The notes under the pieces are model-generated. The model did no database searches. It was given only the letters and a program-made list of their open reading frames with translations, and was not told where the DNA came from. The translations under genes and the position numbers were made by a program. Below, piece by piece: positions 9,205 to 18,280 of a stretch of DNA of 64,000 bases; the first letter of the stretch is position 1; every line of letters begins with the position of its first letter. Source of the stretch: Bdellovibrionota bacterium (GTDB lineage Bacteria; Bdellovibrionota_C; UBA2361; SZUA-149; CAZDWZ01); the NCBI GenBank assembly GCA_046328905.1, contig JAXLVP010000001.1, positions 151,025-215,024 of the forward strand, read 5' to 3'.

Positions 9205-9975
9205 TCAGATCGTTCCGAGGACGATCCCTGCGTCGATCAGACCTTGTTCAGCTCCGTCGCCGACGATGACCGTGACCTTCGGCGCGACGTGTTTCTGCTG
9301 TAGAGCCGAGGCGGGACAATCTTCCGTCGGACGCTGAGTGAACGCTTGTCGTACGATGTCGCTCTTGCCGGGTCCGAAGGCGATCAGGACGATCTCGGTT
9401 GGTAGGTCGCAGATAGTGCCGATACCCATCGTCACGGCCTGTTTCGGCACGAGATCGACGTTGCCATCGAAGAAGCGTGCGTTGTCTTGCCGCGTGGTGG
9501 GCGAGATGTCGACGACTCGGGTGAGCGAGTTGAATGAGCTTCCAGGCATGTTGAACGCGATATGTCCATCGCGCCCGATTCCGAGCAGAGCGAAGTCGAG
9601 GCCGGACGCGGTCGTGTAGTGGCGCAGTTGGGTCTCGTACAGCTCCGGATTGGCCGGATCCGGGAAATGCCGCCGTTCGACCGGAATATTTGCCGGTCCG
9701 AACAGAAGCCGATCCATGAAATTCCAATAGCGCTCGGGGTGGTCGTCCGGAAGGCCGACGTACTCGTCAAGGTTGTAGGTGTTCAGCATCGACAGGTCGA
9801 GCTCGCCGGACTCGATCATGAGTCTCAACTCCGCATAGACCATCTCAGGCGAGCTGCCGGTGGCGAAGCAGAAGTCCGCCATACGGAACGGGGCGATCGA
9901 ATGATACCGGTTTGCCATCCTGTGAGCGACGAACCGGGAGGCCACGTGCTGTGTAGCCGTAAGAAAGCGAATCAT
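9205..9975 (-). CDS. nagB: Glucosamine-6-phosphate deaminase
   Basis: Start reset to MIRFLTATQ. YNLDEYVGL and LLGIGRDGHIAFNMPGSS match the NagB catalytic motifs (compare E. coli MDEYVGL and GIGxDGHIAFNEP). Confidence 0.85.
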   Translation of the reverse strand: MIRFLTATQHVASRFVAHRMANRYHSIAPFRMADFCFATGSSPEMVYAELRLMIESGELDLSMLNTYNLDEYVGLPDDHPERYWNFMDRLLFGPANIPVERRHFPDPANPELYETQLRHYTTASGLDFALLGIGRDGHIAFNMPGSSFNSLTRVVDISPTTRQDNARFFDGNVDLVPKQAVTMGIGTICDLPTEIVLIAFGPGKSDIVRQAFTQRPTEDCPASALQQKHVAPKVTVIVGDGAEQGLIDAGIVLGTI

Positions 9976-10414
9976 CGGACGTACTTTCGTCGAGAAAGGT
10001 AGGCCCTGCTCGGCGTTCAGACCATCCGAACGCGGCAAAAGCCGAAGTGAGGAGCGAGGGTGACACTTGAAAAAACGTGTAAGTTCCGCTGTCCCTGCTC
10101 TCTGACCCGCACACTGTGAGACGATGTGACGCGGTCGAAGAGCGGACAGGTGAGGTGGTCTACTCGTGGTCGAAGTTTTGAGGGAATGTGTCTCTCGGAC
10201 AAGCCGAAAGATCGGGTCAGTAAACCACAGATTCCCCAGAAGATACATACCAGCGACGTAGGCATCAACGCGGCAGTGTGGTAAACTCGCTTCCCCGCCA
10301 GTTCTCTTTTTCCTTATACGAGCATGAGGCTACCTAGGTTTGCCGAAATCTGTGCGCAGTTTCGGCAGGTTCGTATTTCCTCCACCAATGAGTACACTGA
10401 GATAGGAGAACATC

Positions 10415-11260
10415 GTGACTGTTACCTTGACCCATCCGTGGGCTACTTTCTACCGGTCGAACTGGCGCTCGGACGTCCGGCGCCTCGACCCTGTCGAGAA
10501 TCTCACCATCGGAGCTCACAGCGACGACGGGGAGATTCTGGATCCGCTCGGCGTCGTCAAGAGCTTCAAGGGACATGAGCGCCTCGGGGTCGTGATCGTC
10601 AACAACGGAGCCGGGCGTCCGCGAGCCGCTCCTTACGAGGAGCTGAGCGAGGAGGCCATGACGCGTCTTCGCATGCAGGAACAGATCGCTGCCGCTCGCT
10701 ACGGGCGATACGAGTTCGCGGTCGGCCTGGCCCACCCGTCCTCTTGTATGCAGGGCAAACGGAACGATGCGGTGGTCAACGAGCTCAGGGAGATCCTGTC
10801 GGCCACGAAGCCGCGGCGCCTCGTGACGCACAACCCTTTCGACTGTCATCCAAGCCACATCGCCGTGCTGGAGCATGTGTTCTGGGCGCTCGAAGAGCTT
10901 CGGCCGACCTACCAACCGGAGGAGATCTTCGGTGGCGAGGTCTGGGGCGGTATCGATCGCGTTCCCGAACCGTATCTCGTGCGATGGGATTGCAGTGAGC
11001 TTCAGAACGTCCAAGAAGATGTTCTCGAGTACTTCACCAGCCAAAACGCGATCAAGAAATATCACATCGCCGTGATGGCGCGCCGCCGGGCGCTGGCGAA
11101 GCTCAACGATCCACACGTGACGCTCGAAGCAACCGCCGTTCATCTGGCGGTCGACCTTCGCAGCGTGCTTCAGGGGGAGACTACTTTGCGGAACCTGGTC
11201 GCTCGTTGCTACGAGCAGATGCAGTCCGCACAACTCAATCTTTACGCATCTCGAGCTTGA
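10415..11260 (+). CDS. PIG-L/LmbE-family N-acetylglucosaminyl deacetylase
   Basis: GTG start after GGAGAAC. IGAHSDDGEI corresponds to the AHPDDE motif and NPFDCHPSH to the HPDH motif. The 313-aa minus-strand ORF is a shadow. Confidence 0.75.
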   Translation: MTVTLTHPWATFYRSNWRSDVRRLDPVENLTIGAHSDDGEILDPLGVVKSFKGHERLGVVIVNNGAGRPRAAPYEELSEEAMTRLRMQEQIAAARYGRYEFAVGLAHPSSCMQGKRNDAVVNELREILSATKPRRLVTHNPFDCHPSHIAVLEHVFWALEELRPTYQPEEIFGGEVWGGIDRVPEPYLVRWDCSELQNVQEDVLEYFTSQNAIKKYHIAVMARRRALAKLNDPHVTLEATAVHLAVDLRSVLQGETTLRNLVARCYEQMQSAQLNLYASRA

Positions 11261-11286
11261 TTTCAGGCTGTACAACGAGATGCCGC

Positions 11287-11333
11287 GAGCTGAGGTTTTT
11301 TGAAACGAATTTCGTTTCGATAAGCCTCAGCTC
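11287..11333. terminator. Bidirectional nested hairpin terminator
   Basis: GAGCTGAGG-tttttt-GAAACGA-att-TCGTTTC-gataag-CCTCAGCTC lies between convergent genes. T tracts are present in both senses. Confidence 0.6.
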
Positions 11334-11432
11334 GTGCCTTCGCTTTTTCACTTGTGCCTCAATCATCTGCGGAGAGGGGATCGGAAAACCGAAAATAACC
11401 TCTCCGCAAAAGCTGCATCCGTCGCATTTGCC

Positions 11433-12434
11433 TCAACGCCGAATTCGGGGAGACTGAGCAACGTAGAGCGCAAGCGCGTGGTCGAGCCCTCCGACCACGG
11501 AGCTGTCGTGGGTGGTGGCTCCACGTATTTGCAGGCCCGGGCAGTTATGGCGATAGCGCACATGCGCCTCGCTCGTCCTCGAGATGCAGCGATCGATGAG
11601 CGCAATCGACTCCGCGCTGAAGACGAGTTGCTCCTCCGGGGTGTTCGGGTAGAGAAGGGTGAACGGCCGTGGCTCAAGCATCGCGTTTTTCGAGTTGACG
11701 GATACCGTTCGAAGCGCGACGAAGGCGCCCTGTGAGAGGGTCGCCCAGTGCTCGAGAAAAGGTTTCGAGTTCAGCACGATGCGAGAGAGCCTTTCCGGAT
11801 CGCTAACCCAGTTGAGCTTTGCGGCGGCCACGTACACGAAGCCCATCCATAGATTGCACGCGGGGACGAGCTCCAGCCAGACGAGGTTCCGCGCCGTGTA
11901 GTGTTTCTGCCTCCACGCAGACTCCCGGCTGTATGCCCCCGCCGCAGTCCTCAGAAATACCGTTCCTCGGGTGCGGTGTAATACTGGTCGAGGAGAGAGG
12001 TCTCCTCGAAGACCGAGCGCCGTCAAGGCTGCGTTGATAGTCGAAATGGCGTCGCTCAGCGCCGGCTGTGCCGAAGCATCGACAAGCGCCGCATCCCAAC
12101 TTGCGAGGAGCGCTTGGGATGCGTTGAAGAAGAAGTCGTCGCGCGGGACGTGGAACAGGTTGGGGAGCATTGGGCGCGTGACGCATTGCGTCTTCTCCGA
12201 AGCATCAACGAAGCGCAGTCCCTTGGCTTCAGAACGATCGACCCTCCAGCGCTCATAGATCTCGTGTGCCGCTCTGAGGTAGAGCATCAGCGGCGCACGA
12301 ATCGAGCGGCGGAGCTCGGCGACTTTATCAGCGGCGTCTGGTTGGGAGCGCGAACCGGTAGGAGGGGACGACGAGAGGTTCCGAAGCCGTGCGAACAGGT
12401 CGGTGTTGTCACGCTCGAGCACGTGGTCCGGCAT
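11433..12434 (-). CDS. Hypothetical protein (333 aa), no family recognised
   Basis: Clean ATG ORF on the same strand as, and 254 nt downstream of, the TadG-like gene. It ends at the strong terminator 11287-11333. Confidence 0.6.
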   Translation of the reverse strand: MPDHVLERDNTDLFARLRNLSSSPPTGSRSQPDAADKVAELRRSIRAPLMLYLRAAHEIYERWRVDRSEAKGLRFVDASEKTQCVTRPMLPNLFHVPRDDFFFNASQALLASWDAALVDASAQPALSDAISTINAALTALGLRGDLSPRPVLHRTRGTVFLRTAAGAYSRESAWRQKHYTARNLVWLELVPACNLWMGFVYVAAAKLNWVSDPERLSRIVLNSKPFLEHWATLSQGAFVALRTVSVNSKNAMLEPRPFTLLYPNTPEEQLVFSAESIALIDRCISRTSEAHVRYRHNCPGLQIRGATTHDSSVVGGLDHALALYVAQSPRIRR

Positions 12435-12688
12435 GGACAGGTCCTTGAAAAAACGTTTTTCGATCCCCTGAACCGATGCGACAGCGACGGAGATCCGTCA
12501 CTCTCGCGTAGGTTGTAGTGATAGAAGTAAGGCGGGCACTGCTTGGGAAAGATCCGGTCTATTCGGAACGGTTGTGTATACGTGGATTGTTAGGGCGAAT
12601 CAAACCGGAAACATCCGTCCGTGGCGGCGTGGGGAAGGGCCAGCAGTTGGAGCGGGTTCGATGCTCTGAGTATCAGGAATTGCCCAGA

Positions 12689-15211
12689 CTAATTCGGATC
12701 GACCAGCACGTAGGGATTCTGGGCGTAGACTTTGTTTACGAACTCCGTAATTTGCTCCTCAGTTGTGCGGCAACCGGTGTCACAGATGACCCGAGGTGCG
12801 CGTCGAGGGCCATTGTCCTGTGAATCGTAAACGAAGTTATAGTCGTTTTGGTTGGGACCGGTGAAGTTCTTCCCTGCCAGATCGTCAATCAGGCCCGCGT
12901 TGGTGAGTTTTTGATAGTCTTGCGGATCGTCAGCACCATTCACCGGCGCCCCAGGGTAGCCTGCCCTCGAACAGATTTCATCGAGCTTGTCGTTGAGTGC
13001 TCCAGAACGGCACTGACTGCTCGAGATTCCGAAAGTCGACTGCAGCTGCGCCGACGCGCAACTTGGTCTGATGGGCACGAAATAGCCGCCGGTGGGCTTC
13101 ACCCAGTTACGGTAGATTTCGTAGATGTGTTGAAGATATGGGCAGCGCCCTGGACCCGACTGTTGAATTGTTTCATAACAATTTCGATTGAAATTATTGT
13201 AATCGTGCCAGTCATTCCATGTGAAAGTTTCACCGCTCTTCCGAGCATCTGCCTCGTCCATGCACTTGGACGAGTCTGATGTATGCCGTTTCAGGACGGT
13301 GTGCGGCTGCGCAAGCTTTCCAAAGACCAAAGCGTGAAAAGTGATCCGTTGGTCCACATACGAGGGGAAACGTGCGAGCTGCATGTAATAGTACTGCTGC
13401 ATCGGATATTCGGTCCGATTCCCCGCAATGAGAGTCGAGACTTCAGCGAGACTATTGATGTGATAGTTCCAAGAGCTGCCATTCCACCATCCCGTGCCGT
13501 GATCGGGGTAGGGGGTGCCTGTGGCCTGCGGTCGGTGGTCGAACCAGTCGTCGGGAGGCGTGACGCAAACGTCGGTAGTCAGTTTCACGCGGTCGGTTTG
13601 GTCGCGGTAAATGAACGTTGACCACCAGGGATTGTTCCCGGCGCACGGGCCGGTCGTATCACCCTCTCTGCACTGGTGACTGCAAGTACTCAATCCGTCA
13701 GTGAAGAGCGCAACATAACTTTGCGCGCTCGTGTTGTTCGGCATCTCCGCCAAAAGGTCGCTCGCCTTGACGACCGCCTCTGGAATATCGGTGTTTGCTG
13801 CTGGACGTGGAAAAAAACCGGCATTCAGGCGCAGGGTGAGGGACGCGGATTTCGGATTTCCCGGTTCAGCGACATCGGTGAGCTGTTTTAAAGTTTCAAA
13901 AGACGCCAACCCCGGATGCGTGTAGCCGAACACGCGCCCCAGCTCAGCGGGTCGTTTGTCTACGACTGCTTGATCAAACGCGAGGACTGCAATCTGGTCA
14001 CCTGCGACCTGCCGCTCCTCGAGCTTGAGCAGCGCCTGGTGAATTCCAACCAAGATGTTTGAAAGCGGTTCGGGACCGCGATAGAAGCCGTCCGCGGCGT
14101 TATCAGGAGGTGTGCTGTCGTCGTAGTAGTGCGTGTTGGTGTCGACGAGGTATTGTTCATTCGTGCCGTCATTGTCGATGTCGACGAGCTTGCAGGTATA
14201 GTCCGAGCGATAGTGTTTCCAGCTCGGCTTGAGCCCGGTAGCCGGGCGGGTCTTTTCCATACCGTTCCAAACAGCGAGGGCGTTGAGGTCACCGAGAAAG
14301 GTACACGCAGCGTTGATACAAGGATTCTGCGCCCCGTCGGTGGTGCAAACGGGGTCTCCGAGCGCGCTATTACCCCTAATTTGAAAAACGTATTGGCTCG
14401 CCTTAGCCTGTTCGGTCGGGCCGAGATCCGCATACGATAGATGCGTTTCGGCCGTCATGCTCCCGGACATGTCGAGCGCGTAGACACCATGCCGTGGCAC
14501 CATCGCTGCCCGTCCCGGCGCTTGGATGGATTGGGACGTGTAGCCAATCGCTCGCCCGAAGAGAAACGGTATCGGAGAGCTCGACTTTGTTTTGATCTTC
14601 ACCTCGAACGAAGATGCCTCGACCGAATTTTGATCATTCGCCTTAAAACAGGGTCCGACCCACTTATTGGGTGCGGTTCCCCCGCATGGGCAGCCGTTCG
14701 TTGCGGAGTTCGTACCACTGTAGCTCGAGCATCCGCCGGCGCCGTTTGGTTCTTCAAACACATACGCCCCGGCGGTTATGGTGCCCGCGCTGTTGTTCGT
14801 AAGATCGCCTACGTTTGCGAGAGACGTTCCCGGATTCCCGAGAAGCGTATTTTTCTGTAGACCCGCGACCTCTTCCGCTCGCTCGATTGCTTTGGTCACC
14901 CGCCATTCATATTCAGCTCGTGGCGTCGCAAACGGAGTCGTTGGTTTCGCTTCGCGATAGCGCTCGAGAGCGGCGAGTGATGCCGCTTGAGCGACAGAGC
15001 GCTCCTGACTATGCGATGTAGCGAGCCGGTACGAGTCGATCGTGAGAGCGAGCAGGGCGACAAAAGCGGTTGCAGCGATCGCTAGAAAGATGAGGACGAA
15101 CCCAGTTTGATCGGGCTGCTCTAACGCAAGCAGTTTTTTGTTCGAATTCTTCAACTTCCGATCCCCATGCAGTGGCACCAGCCGTCGTAGATAAGATTTC
15201 TTGCCGCGCAT
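12689..15211 (-). CDS. TadG-like membrane-anchored protein with vWA domain and large Cys-rich C-terminal region
   Basis: N-terminal segment GFVLIFLAIAATAFVALLALTIDSYRLA (TadE/G-like). vWA MIDAS motif VYALDMSGSM with a later LFTDGLS. The real start may be the TTG at 15154, which overlaps the upstream stop as TTGA, rather than the ATG at 15211. Confidence 0.8.
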   Translation of the reverse strand: MRGKKSYLRRLVPLHGDRKLKNSNKKLLALEQPDQTGFVLIFLAIAATAFVALLALTIDSYRLATSHSQERSVAQAASLAALERYREAKPTTPFATPRAEYEWRVTKAIERAEEVAGLQKNTLLGNPGTSLANVGDLTNNSAGTITAGAYVFEEPNGAGGCSSYSGTNSATNGCPCGGTAPNKWVGPCFKANDQNSVEASSFEVKIKTKSSSPIPFLFGRAIGYTSQSIQAPGRAAMVPRHGVYALDMSGSMTAETHLSYADLGPTEQAKASQYVFQIRGNSALGDPVCTTDGAQNPCINAACTFLGDLNALAVWNGMEKTRPATGLKPSWKHYRSDYTCKLVDIDNDGTNEQYLVDTNTHYYDDSTPPDNAADGFYRGPEPLSNILVGIHQALLKLEERQVAGDQIAVLAFDQAVVDKRPAELGRVFGYTHPGLASFETLKQLTDVAEPGNPKSASLTLRLNAGFFPRPAANTDIPEAVVKASDLLAEMPNNTSAQSYVALFTDGLSTCSHQCREGDTTGPCAGNNPWWSTFIYRDQTDRVKLTTDVCVTPPDDWFDHRPQATGTPYPDHGTGWWNGSSWNYHINSLAEVSTLIAGNRTEYPMQQYYYMQLARFPSYVDQRITFHALVFGKLAQPHTVLKRHTSDSSKCMDEADARKSGETFTWNDWHDYNNFNRNCYETIQQSGPGRCPYLQHIYEIYRNWVKPTGGYFVPIRPSCASAQLQSTFGISSSQCRSGALNDKLDEICSRAGYPGAPVNGADDPQDYQKLTNAGLIDDLAGKNFTGPNQNDYNFVYDSQDNGPRRAPRVICDTGCRTTEEQITEFVNKVYAQNPYVLVDPN

Positions 15212-16044
15212 TCACTTGCGCTTTGGCAAGCTGGGACACAGTAACAGCCATCAGGCATCTGTCCGCTGGGGCAAGTCGTCACCGGCGTGCAGTCCGAGTC
15301 CTGTCGCGGGTCATCCGGGGGCGGCGGAGGGGCGCCCGTTGAGATGCCCTCCCGATAGCCACCCGAGGCGGGAATCTCCCGCCAGGCGAAAACAGAGATT
15401 TGAATGGGAAGCCGGATCATCCACGGTGAGATGGGTATGACGGTAGCCTCTGTGCGAACCATGATGGGTAAATCGCGAAGCAGGCCCATCATCGTCTCGT
15501 TCCCTTTTCGCCGAAGCGCATTCGGACAACCTGGGTCGTTCGACGGAGCATTTGCTGCGCAACGGAAGGGGTGGTGCAACCAAGTTCCGTCGCTACGCTG
15601 TGCGCTCTCGCCCGGACGCAGAACGATAGCATGCAATGCGGTTTGGCTGCTGGTCGATCCATTCAGCTGGTCAGTCAGAGAAAAGGTGTCAGTGACACCC
15701 ATGCGCTTCGAAGATTCGTCAATCGCTGAAACGAAGCTCTGTCGAGCGAGGTTGATAGTTTGGTCGCCCATCTGGATGCGGAGCTGTTTGAGGCGATTGA
15801 GCTTTGCCTGATCATCGGCGCTCGTGGACGTGAGGGTATAGGTATCCACATCGAACCCAGGCGCTTTGACGGCGAAATCAACTGCGTCTTGTGCGCCCTT
15901 CAGTAAGAGTGCTTTCGTAGCATAGTATCTCGCGAAGTCGATGAACGTGAGTGTAACGAGCATCACGCTGAAGACGACGAAGCTTCCTTCGACCATCGTC
16001 ACGCCGCGCTCATACATCCCAGCAGTTTTTCGTCGAACGCTCAT
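15151..16044 (-). CDS. TadE-like pseudopilin-type protein with Pro-rich and Cys-rich C-terminal tail
   Basis: The N-terminus ERGVTMVEGSFVVFSVMLVTLTFIDFARY resembles the TadE N-terminal segment. The tail is GAPPPPPDDPRQDSDCTPVTTCPSGQMPDGCYCVPACQSASECAARNLIYDGWCHCMGIGS. Its ATG overlaps the upstream stop as ATGA (16041-16044). Confidence 0.7.
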   Translation of the reverse strand: MSVRRKTAGMYERGVTMVEGSFVVFSVMLVTLTFIDFARYYATKALLLKGAQDAVDFAVKAPGFDVDTYTLTSTSADDQAKLNRLKQLRIQMGDQTINLARQSFVSAIDESSKRMGVTDTFSLTDQLNGSTSSQTALHAIVLRPGESAQRSDGTWLHHPFRCAANAPSNDPGCPNALRRKGNETMMGLLRDLPIMVRTEATVIPISPWMIRLPIQISVFAWREIPASGGYREGISTGAPPPPPDDPRQDSDCTPVTTCPSGQMPDGCYCVPACQSASECAARNLIYDGWCHCMGIGS

Positions 16045-16580
16045 ACGACCTTCTCGAAAAGGTAAGCGCCCTGGCTCGTCGAGCGTATGTTGATTGTCGG
16101 CAGCAGAAACCCTCGAAACGGGGCTGTCACAGTGACGCTCACGGTATCGTCCGTAGCGCCTTCCACCGCGGTGTTCGGAAGATACTCAGTTGTCAGCGAA
16201 ACGCCGGCGGGATCGACGCTCAAGCCGGCGAGCGGAAGAACGCTTCGCAAACGGCTCTGAACGTAGTAGTGGCCGCATTGGAACGCCGTTGAGAACGCAA
16301 ACGTGCAGTCGTCTTTGTCTTGTTGCGAGGCACTGGCATCGAGGTTTGTGAAGTTGCCTGTTTCGAGCGCAGGAACTCGGGACGCGATGCGAGTGCCTTC
16401 GTGCGCGAGTTGGCTCAATACCATATAGTCGTTGAGCGCCACTACGGTGTCTCGGAAGACGAGAACACCGAGAAGGAGACCTCCGGCGACCAGCGCCCAT
16501 TCGACAAGAACTGCGCCTGCTTCGCTTCGTAACTCCGAAGCTGCCTTGTCTGGTAGGGACGCCTTGAATGTGTTCTTCAT
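16041..16580 (-). CDS. TadE-like protein
   Basis: The N-terminus SEAGAVLVEWALVAGGLLLGVLVF matches the TadE/TadF-type hydrophobic segment that follows a charged leader. It is the first gene of the three-gene unit. Confidence 0.7.
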   Translation of the reverse strand: MKNTFKASLPDKAASELRSEAGAVLVEWALVAGGLLLGVLVFRDTVVALNDYMVLSQLAHEGTRIASRVPALETGNFTNLDASASQQDKDDCTFAFSTAFQCGHYYVQSRLRSVLPLAGLSVDPAGVSLTTEYLPNTAVEGATDDTVSVTVTAPFRGFLLPTINIRSTSQGAYLFEKVV

Positions 16581-16676
16581 TTGAGATTCTCATGCGAGAC
16601 TGCCGCATTCAGATGCAGCCTCACGTTGGAGCTATCGGGAAGTTTCGGAAAGATATAAACCGATTGTAAAAGTCGG

Positions 16677-17063
16677 TTATCGAACGTTCAGAACTCTAAA
16701 AGTGCGCGGGTTACCGCGACCCATTAACTGCGGTTGTGGATGGTAGCGCTCGCTGGTCTGCTGAACGACAGCCTTGGTCGATGCAAGCGCGATGCTGTCG
16801 CCTGATTCAGGTGCCTGCTTCTGCGCCTTTAGGCGATGAAATACCTCGAAGCTTTTCGCGAACGAGGTGGTCGGTAGCGTGAACGCTGCGATGAGAACGA
16901 TGACGGTCAGCGCTACCTTCAGCCCGCGAAGAACTTCTTTTTGAATTTGCGTCGTTCGGTAAGCCTGGGCGTTCGCAACGCGCGACAGTGAGAGGTCGTG
17001 CCGAGTAATCGGCTTTCGTCGCTTCGTGGCCCCGGGCCGAACTGGATGAGAGGTGAGCGTCAT
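16677..17063 (-). CDS. Hypothetical single-pass membrane protein (128 aa)
   Basis: Basic N-terminus followed by the TM helix LKVALTVIVLIAAFTLPTTSF. The hairpin AACCGA...TCGGTT (16658-16678) overlaps the stop. This is not a Flp pilin. Confidence 0.45.
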   Translation of the reverse strand: MTLTSHPVRPGATKRRKPITRHDLSLSRVANAQAYRTTQIQKEVLRGLKVALTVIVLIAAFTLPTTSFAKSFEVFHRLKAQKQAPESGDSIALASTKAVVQQTSERYHPQPQLMGRGNPRTFRVLNVR

Positions 17064-17405
17064 ATATAGCTTAATCCGTTGTCAATTCGTCGCTGCTTCA
17101 GTTCCTTCAGCGCTGCGCACGAGCGCTTGTTTTGCTTGAAAAAACGAACGAGATCCGCACGTTCACACGGATATTGTGTAAATCACATTAGCAAACTGAG
17201 ACATTTTCTCGGAAAGAAAACAGGCTGAGTCGTACGCGTTTTTCCTAGATTGGCGTAGGCGAAACCGGAACAGCGCGAGACGTGCACATTCGGCTGGCGT
17301 GCAGGCGGTCAGCAAGGCCAAGAGGCGAATAGTGAAAGACGAACAGCGTGGAATGTTTTTGCGGGAAAAGATATCGTTTGCGAGAACGATGACCGGGAGG
17401 CGCGT

Positions 17406-18206
17406 ATGATCCATGACCCTTTTTCAGAATATAAGGCCGCCCAGCGGGAGAGCTGGGCGCTGTTCGCTCCGCTCGAGGTGTTCACGATACAGAGCGCAGG
17501 CGAGCTTGCTGAGCATGCAAACGTCTCGGTCGGCCAGCGTGTGCTCGACGTTGGTTGTGGGACAGGTGTGGTGGCGATAGCTGCGGCTCGGAGAGGCGCT
17601 CGCGTACAGGGTCTCGACCTCTCTCCGGTTCTCCTCGAACGTGCCAAATGGAACGCCGGAGTCGCAAAGGTCGAGATCGATTTCAGTGAGGGCGACGTTG
17701 AGAATCTTCCGTTTGGCGACTGTGAGTTCGATTGTGTGGTGAGTCAATTCGGACATATGTTCGCACCTCGCCCGGATGTTGCGCTCGGCGAAATGCTTCG
17801 AGTGTTGAAGCCAGGCGGAACAATCGCCTTTGCAACGTGGCCGGGTGAGCTGTTCACCGGCAGAATGTTTTCTCTCGTCGCGAAATATGCTCCGCCTCCA
17901 CCCGATGTCCCATCGCCTACATTGTGGGGAGAGCCCAGCATCATCCGCGAACGACTTGGAGACCGGGTGCGAGACCTGTTGTTCGATTGCCCGTTGATGC
18001 TGACTCCGGTGCTGAGCGTCGAGCACGTGCTCCTCAATTTCGAAAACACAGCCGGCCCGGTCGTGAAGCTGAAACAAAAGCTCGAGCGGGAGAATCCGGA
18101 GCAGCTCCAGCGATTTCGCGATGAGTTTCGTGAGCTGATCTCGAGCTTCGCTCGACTCAGCTCGTTGAAGCAGCACTACTTGATGACGAGAGCGACGAAG
18201 GTCTGA
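17406..18206 (+). CDS. Class I SAM-dependent methyltransferase
   Basis: Motif I VLDVGCGTGVVAIAAARRG, with downstream LKPGGTIAF. Confidence 0.85.
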   Translation: MIHDPFSEYKAAQRESWALFAPLEVFTIQSAGELAEHANVSVGQRVLDVGCGTGVVAIAAARRGARVQGLDLSPVLLERAKWNAGVAKVEIDFSEGDVENLPFGDCEFDCVVSQFGHMFAPRPDVALGEMLRVLKPGGTIAFATWPGELFTGRMFSLVAKYAPPPPDVPSPTLWGEPSIIRERLGDRVRDLLFDCPLMLTPVLSVEHVLLNFENTAGPVVKLKQKLERENPEQLQRFRDEFRELISSFARLSSLKQHYLMTRATKV

Positions 18207-18280
18207 CGAATCATTCCGGATGTAGGCAATCGTCCGCTGGACTCGGAGGCCAGAAGGTGGGAGCGCTCTTCGCACGCCTC

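Noticed and set aside
10334-11275. 313-aa minus-strand ORF; similar long antisense ORFs occur at 31111-32112, 33300-34361, 57925-59211, 17424-18275, 45539-46294, 53868-54566, 47368-48267, 51440-52330 and 3850-4755
   Set aside because: Each lies fully opposite a gene with unmistakable family motifs (PIG-L, pheS, pheT, kinases, methyltransferase, flippase). Their translations are Arg/His/Ser-rich shadows typical of GC-rich DNA.
16581-17405. Search for a Flp pilin gene (small ORF with a G-ATAIEY-like motif) flanking the Tad-like genes
   Set aside because: No small ORF with a Flp-type leader and hydrophobic segment exists on either strand. The 83-aa ORF at 17163-17414 has no such features.
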